A DNA stretch of 63,854 nt, filler included, from Klebsormidium nitens (lineage: Eukaryota > Plantae > Klebsormidiophyceae), in assembly GCA_000708835.1 (NCBI GenBank). It is 3 parts of 3 records of this genome, joined end to end, with 100 filler letters (N's around TTAATTAATTAA, not from the genome) between each part and the next. Parts side by side here need not be neighbours in the genome. Positions count along the whole stretch, not along the records: positions 1 to 31,116 come from DF237763.1; 2 more parts are not named here. One strand, given 5' to 3'. The position numbers were made by a program, and so were the translations under genes. Under the pieces are notes generated by a model. It saw only the letters and a list, made by a program, of their open reading frames with translations. It did not search any database and had not been told where the DNA came from. Each line of letters begins with the position of its first letter. Position 1 is the stretch's first letter. Shown one piece after another: positions 11,813 through 26,974 of the stretch.

Positions 11813-14800
11813 AAGGCAGTCTGAGGGGGAGACTGGAGATTGCTTTGTAACATATCCCAGTCCAAAAGTCGCTATGTGTTGCTGGGTCGAGTGCAATCCA
11901 GGACCTTAGATGCCTCTGGCGTGTTTAGACTCTTGTCAACGCATCAGTCTATAGGGTCCCTTCAATCGGTATGGGCAGAAGGGGTATTATATCAACTGTA
12001 TATTCTTAGGGGACGCAAGACACCGCAAGACATGTTGAATCACAACAATTCTATCAATGTCGAAGGAAAAGTATGGATGTTACAGTAGGTCCTTATTGTT
12101 ATATTGTTGGTTGGGATTTATGGCAGGTTTACGAAGATCAGGCACTTCAGCCGGCCTGCTATTGAATTGAATTCCGAGTGGCCAGTTGCTTCCGAAAACG
12201 CACCAACCACCAAGAAGAGCAAGGTGTGCCTAACTCCGGGATCCTCCTAAAATCAAACACAATGCCATGCTGCACAGATGGTGTCCTTCAAACTATGCAT
12301 GCGGATATCATGAAAAAGCATCCCCGCCGCTCTCGATCATAGCAGGTCTCAGTTTTGCCGACAACACGCTCTTTGGCTCATGCACAACGGTACACCTACA
12401 ATGGTGCACTATTGAGATTCGATGAGGAACTACCATGATTGAATCTACCATGTGCCGGAAAACAGTCTTCATAAAACACAGTCCACAGTTTTGAGGGGCG
12501 CATAAGATATTTTGCCTTGTTGATTCGGGTCAGTTTGAAAGCAGGCCGTGAGCTTAGAATGAGTAAGACGAGGTCGGAACGAGTTTGTACGTCGTGCATG
12601 GAAAAAGACGGGCGTCACTCTTGTGGGACATCCGGCTCGTACCTCGTACGCACATGCATATTTTGGGCATTGAGTTTGGGCAGATGTCTACGATTACATG
12701 TTTGCATGACTCAGCGGCATTCGTAACGCATCAAATGATCGTGCAATGTTTCTCGATCGCGAGATAATGGGCCCCAGCGCATGTGACTTTCAAACATGAT
12801 CGACACCATTAATCGTAGTGGGTCACATAGCTGCCTCGTTCCAAGCAGGCGAAGGCAGGTGAAGGCACATGGAAAACATTGTTCTTTTTGGGGAAGTCAT
12901 CTACATTGTCTTTTAAAGCATGACCGTTTTCTTTTGAGCTTAGAATCTTCTTGAAAAAATTAGGTGGCATTCTCTAGTCTCCCCCGATTCCATTGCAAGT
13001 GCGCCATTTTCATTGGCTGGACATACTCTATCCCCTTGTAGTATAAGTTTATTTATATTTGTGAGACTTGGATAAGGCTACTCTGCTGCAACGGCTATGC
13101 ACTGCTGCTAATGACAGATCGACGGGCACACCGCACTGGCTTTACTAACCGACTGAGCCGACCTGTCGATCCAAGGAGCCGGGAAACGGGAAGGATTTCG
13201 CAGTCGCGCTAGCTCTTGCCATGACAAAGAACATTGCCATGACGTCAGTGTTTCGAATTTTTGAGACTGAAATGCTCTTACGGCGCGTTTGGAAGTCCAC
13301 TTCTGACCCCCTCTGGACACTTTGTCATCAAGAACATACTCTAAGGCAACAACGAACCCTTACTAAGAGGGACGGTATTGTCTTCCGATCGACTTCTCGT
13401 CTTCTCCCGATCTCCCGTCTTTACGTCTTCCGTTCTTTTCTTGATTATACACAGTGAGTTATAGGTGCGCCGCTTGATAATGGTTCGAAGGGGGCCTTCG
13501 AGACTCCTTCGAGGCTGCTCCGTTAGCATGACGTAGCACATCGCCACTCATCGAATATCGTTGACGACATGTGTTGTCGCTAGGTGCAAACAATCTCTTT
13601 GTTTCCCGTTTGCGTTCTCAACCCTTTGCGTCTACATAAAATTTCTTGCAAGTTTACGTCTACGGTTTGATTATGGCAGCGGGCGTTTTCATTGTCATGG
13701 AACGTTTGAAATCGATGCCTTGTACAATGCAATGGCAGCCCGGAATGGTAGAAAGGTAGCAGAAGGGAAGTACGGGAAAGGAACAGAGCACTACTAGTGA
13801 AGTGGGTACAACGGGCCGGGGGTACTTGAACTGTCTGAACTGTCCAGACTCAGGTCTCTGTACGTCTATCTGTCTTGTCTCTGTAGGCCGCCACGGTCTC
13901 TGCCGATCCGACACAAAAGCGAACCCAACGATGAATGGATGAACGGTTCAGTGCGGTTCTGAAATAATACCTGATGAATGATAAGATGATAAATGATCAC
14001 TTGAAGAGGGTCTCACACGATTACGGAGCTCGATCAGGTTCCTCGCTTCATCGTACGGTAGAGAACGACAGCTGCTATGCACCTGGGGACGTCGTCCGGT
14101 TCACTTTCCGAGAAACCCCGGTTTAGGCTTGACGTTGACCCGAGATGTGGCAGCTGCAGCGCCTCCGCATGCAGGAATGTTGCCAACCGGGAACACCCCG
14201 GGCCCCGGGCGCAGACCGACTCAAGTTTCATCAGCCGGTAGGCTACCGCGCGCGAGCAGTATTCTATTTCATGCGAAACCAATTTGGATCCCGACGAAAG
14301 CCTCGAATCAAGTTCAGAAATTTTAAATAGGCCTCGTAGGTATTAGGTATTGCAGTGCTGTGTACAATCTGGGTATGGTACTTTATATGCTCGATACCTA
14401 CCGCGGGCGTGCGAGTCCCCCGGGCCCGCTGCGCCAGCTTGCCAGGCGGCTCGCGGACCCGGTACATTGTGTCCAGACGGTGCTCGAACTAGGTAGACGG
14501 TCTGATGTCATCACGCGAGTACTATCCCCACGACAGTTCGCATGTGTGACATCACGTCTACCCGGTACACCCCCATGCAGAGTCCAGACTTGGGCGCGAA
14601 CGTAGGTGCAGCATTGACTCTGACTCATGACTCTGAGCAGACCAACAGATGATCTACCGCAATGCCGTATCAACACCTAAAAAGTTCTCCTGAGCTCATC
14701 GATCAAGATGTATTTTAGGTACTGGAAATGGCGGCGTATGATCCTCGAAGGTGGGACGGTGTGACTGCGCGGCCACACCAGTGCGGCGGTTCTTTCAATG

Positions 14801-15925
14801 AGAACATGAGAACATCTGCTGGCTGGGTTGTTGGGAATGCAGACAACGTTGCATTTGCTTCAGAAGGAAGATGCGACACAATCTTGTGCGTGAACGTTCT
14901 AGAGTCATACTGTTTTGAAGTTTAGCAAGAGGATGTTGATTGGATATTGAAAGGGCGCTGCAGTGAGCAGTGAGTTGCGGGAGCGACTTAGGAAGTAGTT
15001 CCCCAAGTAGAATGGCTATTGGCCTTGATGCCTTCTCTTGGTAATCTGAAGAGCCTTGCCTACTTCTAAGCGAGGACTATCCGACTCTAAAGCTGTGTGC
15101 CTTGATCAAAGGGAGACACAAAGCGCAACGCCCGCAGATGGTTGGGAAAAAGCGAAGGCAGCGCCCATGCACTTTGGATCTTGAAGCTGGAGCGCCAGCT
15201 CGTACTTGGCCTGAGCACTCTCTCATCCTGGGGCAATCTGCTGATCTCAGCCGCGGAGCATAGACAAGCTTGCAAAAGCATCTGTAAGATGATGGAAGCA
15301 AGTGCAGTTGTTTTGGCTAGAACATGCAAACATTAGTTGGAGGACCTGTGGAAAAGCAGGTAGTTCTTCAGCACAGCATCAACAAAACGGAACAGGATGG
15401 GTGGGATTGATAATGCTCCCTTGTTTGGCAGCCAGCATATGGTTACAGTTGCAGGCAACGAGATTGGGAGGAAGCAATGGAAGGTAATCAATAGTCTGCC
15501 TTTTTCCAGACCTTTTTGCCCTTCTCTTACCACATTACCAACTAAAACCATCTGGAATCTGAAGTAAAGGGGCTTCAGGTTGCGATGGAGCCCAAAGGAC
15601 AACGCGGTGTTGACATCCAAAAGGTTCGGCTTGTGCTTGGGCCCAAAGGCTTACTCGGTGGTGACATTCCAAGAGGCCGTATTTGCTATTGTCACGCAGC
15701 ACTTGCCTAACATGAGGGGACAGCTACATGCTGTGCTTTGCTTGTTGTATCAGCTCCTGAAGGAACCTTTGCAATATTCCTCCAGTCTACCACCTGAATG
15801 ACTGGTGGAAGATCATAAGGGCTGCATTTTTATTTTGGTAGCTGAAGAGTTGCATGCCAGCACGTTTGCTTCTTTCAGAGATTACGCACCAGCATAGTCA
15901 CCAAGGTGGGGTTAGTTGAGTACTA

Positions 15926-18900
15926 ATGAGCTCACCCATCGCCATCTTCACACGCGGTCACATTCCCATGCAAGATTTTGGGTCTAGCTCTGACAACCAA
16001 CAGGATTGTGCGTCTGTTCCGTCGTCATCAACTTTCGAGCTGTCTCTCACTGGTGTCTATCACCAAATACAGGGGTCAGATATCATGAAGAGGTTCCAGC
16101 TTGCCGGGAACACAGTGCGGGTGAGGCCATCCTTCGGCACCTGTTGAATGCAAGCCCTGAATCCAAAATCGGACTGGCAAAGCAAACCTGGTTGTGTACA
16201 TTGCTCTTTCCTCCACCTTGCAATCACTCCTTCTGATACAGCAGCTCTTCTGACGACCCACCAATCTTGCAGGCTGCCCAGAGGTTTGCACATTTTGGAA
16301 TGCTGCAAACACTCTCAAGAAGAATGAAAATAAGTAAGTCTGCAGACTGACACCGTATCTGGCACGTCACGGGATTTAACCCTCGCTCAGTGGAGGAACC
16401 GTTCTTATGACCATAGAAAGACTCTTGTCTGACAATGTTGTAAAGGTTCCCCTTGCAGAGAAGAGATTGAGTGTTGTCTGGGGCAGCTTTGATTCGTTAC
16501 CAAGAGGGCCCTGGAATCAGTCGACTGCAGGTGCTTCGTCTGCATGATGAGCGCATTGTTTAGCCTGTATCTGCCTGGAATCAGCAACTGTTAAGATGCT
16601 CAGCTGAGCGAAGTCGTTGCATGCGTGTTCAGGTGCGGATCCTGCTGGAAGTTACGAAGTCTCCTGTGAGCGGCTGACGAAGCTTGTAGAGGGAAAGGAC
16701 ATGGAAGACTTAGCAGACGCAGGGGGGGTAAGTGATATGACGTGTTTGTGCAGGTCTCTGAATTGGCTGCTTCTGGTCACTCTCTCCTGTTGCACCACAA
16801 CGAATGCTTTTGCGCAACAAGTCTAGGCTCTACTTCATCATTAGTAAGGCAGGTTGCTACGAGCGTCGACCTTATGCTTCTCTCAGCCCGTTGCATCTGA
16901 CGCGTCTCACCAACAATTGTTTGGAGCTTGAGCAGGGTCTCAACGGCCTTGAATGTCCTTACCGCTGATCAAGATGCCGCTCCAACACAGGTTTCTGGGC
17001 TGGCACGGTCTTTGAAGGCGGACCTCGATAAAGGTCTGAGCGAGGATGAAGAGGACTTCAAAAAGCGCGCAATCGCGTTTGGCACAAATACGTACCCAGC
17101 AGCCCAACTAACTCCTTTTTGGGTGAGCATTTGAGCCTTTGCGGTTCAGGATGACCGAACGATCCATTAGTCCGAGGCTCGGCAGGCAGCCAATGCAGGC
17201 CTCTAAGCAGCTTTTATTGAGCAGCCACAGTACGATCAAGGGGCGTAAAAGCCCCCTCTTCAATCCACCCCTTTTTCTTAACGGGTAGTGTTGAGGCCTA
17301 GGCCGGATGTGTATAGGGGGCGGTCGGACGCTTCAAACAAAAATTGGCGAAGCTCTAAAGCTGACGCTTCACTGTGGTACAGGAGTACGTCTGGGAGGCC
17401 ATGCAGGACACCACAATGCAGATCCTGGCACTCTGTGCCGCTGTGTCGCTGGCTGTCGGCCTGTCGACCGAGGTAGGTCGTCGCATCAGTAAGAAACGCA
17501 GATGTAAAGCCACTTTGACAAGGGGAGAACGAAATGCCTTCACACTACACATACAGGAATTCGCCGCTACCCATCTTTCTCGAACAGCAAGATTCAGGTC
17601 GGACGTGAAGTGCAGCGAGGCCTTAGCTGCCTTACTTGGAACTTTTGTAAACGAAGCATCTGAACCGTTCTCGTCTTTGCTTCTTTGCGAGCGGCAAGTC
17701 ACGGTCCTAAAGTTTTGGAAGACAAGGGCCAGCAAACCACATCTTGACTTTGCTGCAGGATCCCGCAAAAGGCTGGTACGACGGTGCCGGGATTGCTTTC
17801 GCCATCATCCTCGTGCTCGTGGTCGGATGTAAGTACGATGGCACCACGTCTTTGTGTGTACTTTCACGAACAAACTTGACAGTCAGCCGCTCCGGATCCT
17901 ATTTGTCAGAGCAGATTGTTTGCGCATGAGATTTGCAGCTCAAACCTTCATATTGTCTCCTCGGGTCTGCATGATTGTTGATGTCGAAAATATGCGAGCT
18001 TTTGTCCAAAACCTATGAGCTGGCCATGCTACAAAAGATCGACGACTATCTGTCTTTTGGGTTCTTGTGCGAGCCTCCAATACTCGCGTCAGACATCTTG
18101 ATGTTTTGGTTTGCAGCTACAAGCAACTACCAGCAGAGTCTTCAATTCGCTTCTCTTAACGACGAGAAGAGAAAGATTTTTCTAAATGTGTCAAGGGGCG
18201 GAAAGAGATTGAAGGTGTCAATCTTCGAGATTCTCGTGGGGGATGTTGTACACATATCAATCGGGGATCAGGTGAGCATTCATCGTCTGTCTTAGTAGCA
18301 GAGCTAGTGCTGGGTCACCTGTACACTTGACATCACCATGCAGGCCTGCGCAAAAGCTTATGTGCGATTTGGACTGGAAATGGATTGAATCACGAAGCTC
18401 GATCTCCGTTCTGTCGTTTATCAAGGAGCTGCGAGGTCTTTACCAGACGGTGTCATCTCCACTCTCGGTCCTTCGAGGGGATTGCTACCTGGTCAGCTCT
18501 TTTGAAATGCTTGCAAACCTGGAACTACTACGAAAGCAAAGCTCTCGCGTGCAAAAACGCTGATTCTGACACTTAGGACACATGCGTCGTCCAGCTATTG
18601 ATGAAGTAAGACAAACCTTGGCCCCAAGAGAAATTCTACCTTTCTAAACTGGCAGAGATCATGATAGATTTCCACTATAGAATTGACAACCAGCAGATAG
18701 CCTAGCAACCAATCAGTGTCTCTAACAGTGACAAGTCTGGCACCACGAACTTTCTCTCGCAGGTCCCAGCGGATGGTATTCTGATTCAAGGTCACTCGTT
18801 GAGCATTGACGAGTCCAGTATGACCGGAGAAAGCGAACATGTTCATGTCAACGAGAAGCATCCATTCTTAATTTCCGGGTGCAAGGTCATGGACGGCTTC

Positions 18901-21900
18901 GGCTCCTTTCTGGTAAGTTTCCGCGCTTCTTCTTCGTAACCTTTTCGTAGCTGCGGTTGAGGATTTACACAAGGCGGTGAACCTAGTATCCTACGGAAAT
19001 GATCCTGTAGGGAGGCCTCGGAGTGCTCAGCAAACCCGTTGCCGAAGTCAAGCTAGAACCTTTCGCTTTTTACTGAATGTTGGTGGACACGCAGGTTTAT
19101 TTCCCCATACGAGTCTGAGATCAAGCGCACGCACGTGACCATGAACAACCGACTCAGTGACTCGACTGGTTATCGTTCCAGTCTGACTTGCGCAACTATA
19201 TAGAGCCTGCAACGGATGGATACGTCTGTCTCAGGTGACTGGCGTGGGGATGAACACGGAGTGGGGACGTGTCATGTCGACACTGAATGAGGACAACGAG
19301 GAGGACACGCCGTTGCAGGTGACTACATAAGCTCTAAAGCGAACGGCTCAAGTTCCTAACTCGGCGAACGTTCTTAGATGTTTCCGCAGCTCTTCATTCC
19401 CTGGCATCTAGAATGGTGGAACCAGTCTCTTTTTTCCGATTTGGAAAGACAATGATTGCAAAGACCTCGTTCTCATCTCTCTTCCAAAGTACCTGAACTT
19501 CTCCTGCATCAATCTCTGGTCAAACTTTCTCGTCAGCAAAGCAGGTACTACTTTTGCTGAATATTCTAACTGATTATGCAGATTCGGCTGGATACTTTGG
19601 CTAGCTCCATCGGCAAGATGGGCCTGTCAGTCGCCGTCCTGGTCCTGGTGGTACTTATCATCAGGTGAGCCACAAAGACCAGGAGCGGCTTCTCCATCAG
19701 CCAGCAGGATTCTAAACTGCTCGGACATCATCCGGAACGATCCTTCAAAAAAGTCTTGGATTGAACCCGGTGGACAATCATTTTTAGGGGAACATTCAAG
19801 GGGACTAGATTCATCAGGGAAAAATTCAAGGGGCCAGTATCAAACTATCGCGTCTGGTGCTTACCGATCATCGCACTTGCAGGCTTCGCGGTGCACAAAA
19901 GCGTCCCTTCCAGACCGGCAAGATCCGATGTTGGATTCGCATGCGGTATGGATGAGCCATGCACTGCCGGAGCCTCACGAAGGTTAAAAGTTGCCATAAC
20001 CACATGTTCCGTGCCCTCTCCCTTTCCAGGTTCTTCGCCACAGTTGACTTCCACCACTTCAGCTCACACGACGTTCGAACGCTAGTCGAGTTCTTCTCTA
20101 TAGCTGTAACTATCGTCGTGGTGTCCGTACCAGAAGGGCTGCCCTTGGCGGTCACGCTCACGTAAGTTCTCGATTCGACGTCCACATCTCCCCTTGCTCG
20201 TCTCCCGCCAATTCTATCATCGTTCCTTCCGTGTCATGTGGAAGCTTTTGCCGACGATTCATGTTTCGTAGTGGACCCTGAAAGCGAGGCTAGCGGCTGT
20301 GCCAAGTCCCTAGCTCTCGAGAGTCACGAGCTCCTTGTTTGCAGGCTCGCTTACTCGATGCACAAGATGATGGTGGACAAGGCCCTCGTCAGAAAGCTGG
20401 CAGCGTGCGAGACGATGGGGTCCGCCACCACAATCTGCAGCGACAAAACAGGGACCCTAACCATGAACCTGGTAAGTCCCGATGCTGCGCATGATCGCGA
20501 ACATGCAAGACCAAGCTGAGTTTGAGAGCTTCATACCTGAGACTCTGACCTTACTGATGCAAGCACTGCACGCACCGGGATCAACTTCCTTCGAGCTGCG
20601 TGATAGCCAGGAAGACAAGGTGAGGACATGGAAACCTCGAAAATCAGGGGATACTAAAGTACGCAGGCAGTTCATTAATGATCACCAACGGGAACCCGAG
20701 CGAAAACCCGTCTGTTACATCACTAAGGTCTGCTGCCATCTGCACGTCCGTAGAATTCCTGTAGCTGCGGATGGGAGTGTCTTGAGAATGCTGCGAGATG
20801 GTTTGCCGCCTCTTCTCCGCTGTCTGATCTGGTCGAACTTGTCGCCCTGTCAGATGACGGTGGTGAAGTCGTGGTGCTGCGGAGCGTTGCGAGAGCCGGA
20901 TCATACCACGGAGCAGCTGTCCAAGGAGGCCATGGCGGTAAGTTCCGCCATAGGAAAACAAGTGCCCCGCAGAGCAGCGTCCTTCTGACATCGAGTCGCT
21001 CCGGCCCCCGTTGAAGTCGCAAACACGAGGTGGTCACAATCAAACTGCTGATCATCATTAGAGATCTACTAGCGCTCAAAATCTCCCCTGCTATCCTGCT
21101 TGTCTTGTCTTCTCAGATGGTCTACGAGTCACCAACGCAGCGGTAGAGCAGCTGGAGGACGGCAACAAGCCCGTCATTAATGGTACCCCGACAGAATCAG
21201 CGGTCTTGGCGTGGGCATGCAAGGTGGGTCCGACTGACTATGCTTTGATGACTACTCCTTGTTGGCAAAGAGAGAAGCTACAAGCAAGTAGCCTCACGTT
21301 GACGCGGCAGAGGACGCGACGAGAAACTGCAGAACGTCATGCTAGTTCGGCTTGCCGCTAGTGCAACTCAGTTGCGTTCTGTAATGCTTGCTGTCCTTTT
21401 CCAATCAAACCGCCAGACTGTTGTCTGAATCTCTTGCGCTCCTTCAGCTGGGAGCCAGATTCAACGCCGTGCGGGCATCCACGGACGTCATCGTCATCTC
21501 GTCTTTCAATTCGGAGAAGAAGCGGATGGGCGTCATCATCAAGGTGAGCTCTCTTGGACCACCCCAAGCGTGAGTGTATCAAGTCACCGTAGTATCAGCA
21601 GCATACCACACGATGAGCTCTGAGACTACCCTTAACTTCGTAAGAACCGAAACGTACCCATGTAGTCCCGTAGTGTGATCTTCCGCTAATGACGAAGTTG
21701 CCAGTGTTTCATCCGTTGCCGCTCATTGGCAACGATGGCAAAGTGCTTCAGGACTACGTTACCGGTCCGTGAGTCGTATTGTTGATTGATTCACCGGATC
21801 TTTTGTTGCAGACAAAGAACGAGGGCAAGTTCCGCGTGCACTGGAAGGGCGCCGCAGAGATTGTCCTCGAGCAGTGCGACAAAGTGATTGACGAAAACGG

Positions 21901-24900
21901 CTTCGTGCTACCCATGACATCCCAAAAGGTAACATTCAACTGACGATTTGAGCTATTGTCGAACGCTTCGGTAGTGCGCAAAGATAGGCGGGAAGAATGA
22001 CATCTCGACAAGGGAGACCTGATGCTCTTATTCTGGAAGGACGGTTATCCATGTTCCTTCGAGCCGCACTAGGCCGCAACGTAGCTCCTGGTAAACGTGC
22101 AAACTTTCATGTCATAAAGTTTCAGAGCACCTTTGGGCTGCATTTTATTTGCTGAAGTGCCTTTTTTGATTGAGGAGCTGAGATCCAAAAAGGGCTCAGG
22201 TCCCGATAGTTCTCGCACAAAAAATCGACCCTCAGAGAACGCAAGCACTATCCAGGAAAGTTAAGATGAAAATCTGTTGACATCCGTCGGTCGCTAGATG
22301 CAATCGCTGTGTCCATTCGAATGAACCGGGGGCTCAGAAGCATCGTTCTTTTTGCCGCCGTAGAAGACGGAGCTCCACCAGATCATCGACACGTTCGCCC
22401 GGAACGCTCTTCGGGCCTTGTGCCTGTGCTACCGGGATCTGCGGGCCGACGAGGTGTCGGGGGAGGGCCAGGACATGCCGGACCAGGGCATGGTCTGCCT
22501 GGCCATCGTGGGGATCAAGGTAAACCCTCGCTCCAACTGAAACGCGCGTGCACCTTCCAGGAATACAAGCTAGCAAGCGGCCTGATTGGAGGCAGTAGCG
22601 CGGCCCGTCCTCTTTCCTTGCGATCGCAGGACGAACCAGATTTTGGTCGACCCCTGTTTCTCTAAGACAGTCCTCGTGTTTTGGAGGTTCAAGATGACGC
22701 AACCCTCGCCGCTGCGCTCTATACTCATCATAGCAGGAAACAACCTTCGAAGACGTCTCAATAATGTGCTGCTGAAAGCCGTGTAGTCAGACAGCTTGAG
22801 TGGCCGAAACTTGCTGCCCGCAGGATCCTTGCCGCCCGGGAGTGCCCGAAGCCGTTGCTGTGTGTCAAAAGGCGGGGATCCTCGTTCGAATGGTTACGGG
22901 CGACAACGTGACGACTGCAATGGCCATTGCACGCGAGTGTGGCATCCTGCGGGCTGGCGGGGTGGCCATCGAGGGGAAAGACTTCCGAACCATGACTCCG
23001 GAAGCCCAGATGTTGCTTCTACCCAGTTTGCAGGTACGTACTTTCTGTTCCTTCCCGATGAAATGTGCCTAGCGTCAAACGAGAAGCTCAAACGAATTCT
23101 GCTACCATAGAAATATAAATTCCGTCAATCCGTTGCTGCTTATTGAAGCCGTGATCAGTGGTTTTTCATACGAATACATTGGTCAGCCTAACATTATGTG
23201 ACCGCTCTCCGCCGAAAATACAAGTGTGCTGGCGTAGACGAAGCTGTACAGATTTTGAGAAAACTTGTCAGGACCCTTGTAACGAGAGTTGGTTCGTGGT
23301 TGCTTTCCTGCAGCCACTAACCGCACTTGTTTCGTGGGTAAGGAAAGTCAGTTTGCAGCTTTGATTGGGCGCCGTTGTCATGTCGCCTGAAGAACGTTGT
23401 AGCAAGTGAGTAAGCTGCCGTTCAGGTGATGGCCCGGTCGTCTCCCACGGACAAGCACATGCTGGTCCGACGGCTGTTGGAGATGGGCGACGTCGTAGCG
23501 GTGACGGGGGACGGTACCAATGATGCACCTGCGCTGCACGAGGTAGGGGCGTAAAGAGGCACTGTCTCGCATGCGTTGCTGATGCGCTCAAGGAACGGAG
23601 AACGTACAGTGATCTCATTCTGTAGCTTGTGGCGTGCTTCGGCAATACATCCGGTCAGCATGGTAGCAAGAGTTGGCCCGCTCGCTAGGGTTTGAGCACT
23701 GAAGCGCCGTCCAAGAGAGCTGACAGGAAACACCAAGCTTCGCGGCCAGCGAAAGACCTTCCATGTTCTTTTCACTGTCACACTGCCTCCTTGTTGAACG
23801 ATCTTGCAAAAATTTGCTTCCCAAATCTGCAGGCTTCCATCGGGCTGGCTATGGGCATTTGCGGCACGGAGGTCGCCAAGGAGGCGTCGGACATCGTGAT
23901 TCTGGACGACAACTTCGCGTCCATTATCAAGGTGGTGCGCTGGGGCCGCTCCGTCTTCTTCAACATCCAGAAGTTCATCCAGTTCCAGATGACCGTCAAC
24001 CTAGTTGCGCTCTCCATCAACTTCGTGTCGGCCGTCGGCTCCGGCTACGCCCCCCTCACCGCCGTCCAGGTGAGCCGTTGAGGGCAGCCTGCTAAGATCC
24101 TTGAGTGCTCAAGAAATAGATGATTCGAGGTTTGAAAGCGTCTGCTTCCGCCTTGCTCTGGACCAGAAGGAACACTTACGATGGGCTGGACAATTACTAA
24201 GATCGATGACCACGAACAGGACTTGGAAGAGTGGGGCTTCTTCACTGATTGATGGTGCATCTTTACAAAAGGTTTGTTCCCCTATACTGCCTTCTATTCG
24301 ACGAAAAGCTCCTTGTCTAGGTCCTCGACCAGTCTCCGAACCCTTTTCCTTTTACCTCGCAGCTTCTGTGGGTCAATCTGATCATGGACACTCTGGGTGC
24401 CTTGGCACTCGCCACGGAGCCGCCGTCCGACGAGCTTATGAAGGAGAAGCCCATTGGGTCAACGTAAGTAAAACCTTGTCTTGCGCGCTTCTCCGTTCCG
24501 TTATAAGCAATCCGGTAACGCATCCAAAATGCTCAAGTGACAGGAATCTAGATTGCTTGCTCTCAGTACTTTGCGTCCAGTGCTAGATATGAAGGGCTGA
24601 AATTGAAGTACTGCCTTTCCAATTTCACGGCACGGACATGCCCATTACTTTTAGCAAGCAATCTTCGTACCGACCAGGATAGCGTAGGAACGAAGGTATG
24701 AGGACACCCAGATTCGCGCCGGTCGCTACAACAAGGGACTCTCAGGATACTCTAGCCGTCGACGAGGCTCCACTTTGACATGGGGGTCTGGGTTGCTGCA
24801 GCGCGCCGCTGATGACGAACGCGATGTGGCGCAACATCGCGTGCCAGTGGATGTACCAGCTGGTGGTGCTGCTGGTGATGCAGTACCAGGGCGCCAACAT

Positions 24901-26974
24901 CCTGAGCCTGCACCCCGTGCCCAGCCAGCCCGGCCACGACAACGGCAACCCCAAGCTCGTGTGCATGATCTTCAACGCCTTCGTCTTCTGCCAGGTGGGG
25001 GCCCGGGGCTGGCAGGCGGGGTTGCGCACGTGACGAAGTACACTCCAAGGGTGCTGTCATTTGACTGGAAGGATCATTCAGTGATCCACTCGAAGGCACG
25101 TTCTTGATCCCTGCTCTTGATAGCTTGAGGGACTAAAAAGCCTAGATTCCGAGAGCCTGTCTCCTTCAAGTTACCTGCTCTTCATAAGCCGACCCACGAA
25201 GTGTAGCTGATCCACGCCATTTTACCTCTCCTCAGATCTTCAACCAGATCAACGCTCGGAAGCCGTACGAGTTCAACGTGTTCGCGGGCCTCCTCCAGAG
25301 CCGCATGTTCAACATCGTCTGGCTAATCACCTGCCTATTCCAGGTTCGCGAAACTCAAGTTCTCATGTTTAGCAAGCGCGATCGCAAGAATTCTTTTGAC
25401 TTCCGCCTTTAAGATCTTTGCTTTAACTTACCGACTTTGTTTTACATTCATTTCGACCTCTTGAACCCACTTTCTGAATACATGTCGTTCCGAGGTCACG
25501 CCCTAGGGCTATGGATGGGGCACACTCTTGAGCAGAGCAGACATTGTTCCATGCCAGCTATCAGTTTGGAAGTCAGAATGGTGCCTGAAAATCCGAAGGG
25601 AGTATTTTAACGGTCTTTGGCTATGCCAGACAAAACATCAATCCGCTGCATCTCTCGTCCCATCGTTTAAATCGGCATTCAGCTTAAAACTATGCACAGG
25701 TCAGTCTTACTAGCTCATCCGCGCCGCAGTGGGGTTCGAACGATAGAGTGTCTTGCTGTGCATTTGGGTCCGCGGCCGACCAGTCCTGCCTCTGAAAGTT
25801 GACGACATCTGCAGGTCTTGCTTGTGGAGTTCGTGGGGACATTCACTTCCACCACTCACCTCTCTTGGGACCAGTGGCTGATCTGCGTCGGGCTTGGTGC
25901 CGTGAGGTGAGGAAGGCCACTTCTGGCCCGCAGAAAAAGGACGATTGCCCTCATCGCTTCCTCTCAAGCGCCTACCTGGCCTGTACGTGTTGGTCGGTCT
26001 GAGTTGCTCACATTGGGGCACTAATGCGATGCGCCGATCGAGTCGTCTCTTCCTCATACTTCTGGACAGAAAGTGCCACACTCTGGGATGGGGTATCATC
26101 TGCGGCACTAACCGCGTATTCTTGGCGGCCCTCAGTTCGAGCATCTGCGCAGTTGGTTTGCCAGTCACCACAGGCCTCTCTTCCGTGCGCAGTATTCCCA
26201 TCGCCTTCGTCTGCAAGTTCATCCCGGTCCCCGAGAAGCCCTTTGCGGAGCTACTCTTGCGGAGGCGCACCCTCAGGCAGGCGCAAGCCGACTTACGTAG
26301 AGCGAGCGGTGAGTTGCTAAGTTTGACCCTCTGCCATTACTTTTTACGCTTATCTTGTCACCGTCACAAACATGGCAAAGAAAGTTGGGCAAGGATCAAT
26401 TTGGAGCTTCACCCGTTATAAGTTTATTGGCTATGAAGAGGTTGTCCGATGCAGCTCGAGTATATGCAACTGGGCCGCCGCTACGCCGCACCGCCTGATC
26501 GGCTTTCTGAAACGGGCGCCATTTTTGGTTCACAAAATCTGGTCACGCCCATGGATAGCAATATCGACCTGGAGAGCCTCGGTTTCTGAAGGACACTGTA
26601 TCAGATGATGCGAACGTGCGGTCTTAGGATACTGCGCCCGGTGCGCTCGACAACTCCGGAGCCTCCGAATGAAAAGGCCTTAATTGAGGATTTGCGCTCC
26701 GTGCAACTCACCCGCTGTCTTAACACCTGTTGCTGCAGTGTCGCACAAGAGCGCAACATCGAAGAGCGGCGCATCTGTGAGCACGCCTGCCTGGAGCCCG
26801 CATTCGCGCACCTTGCAGACCAGTGCCGCCAGCAAGACGGTCCGGTCGGGCCCATCCCTTGGGGCGGACGGCCACCACGCGAACCTCCGAACCGGCCTCA
26901 ATGGTCTCTTGCTCCCCGAAGGACGCTATCACATCGAAGGGCGGCAAGATGGATCGCCAGCTCACCAAGAGTGA
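15926..26974 (+). CDS. ACA: P2B-type (autoinhibited, PMCA-like) Ca2+-transporting ATPase, about 26 exons; start codon uncertain
   Basis: TGES (~18826), [10 protein letters not shown] (~20130), CSDKTGTLT phosphorylation site (~20436-20461), KGAAE, MVTGDN (~22892), [10 protein letters not shown] (~23505), DIVILDDNF and FQMTVN. The last exon is 26739-26974. An upstream segment [10 protein letters not shown]|AAQRF resembles the N-terminal calmodulin-binding motif. Confidence 0.93.
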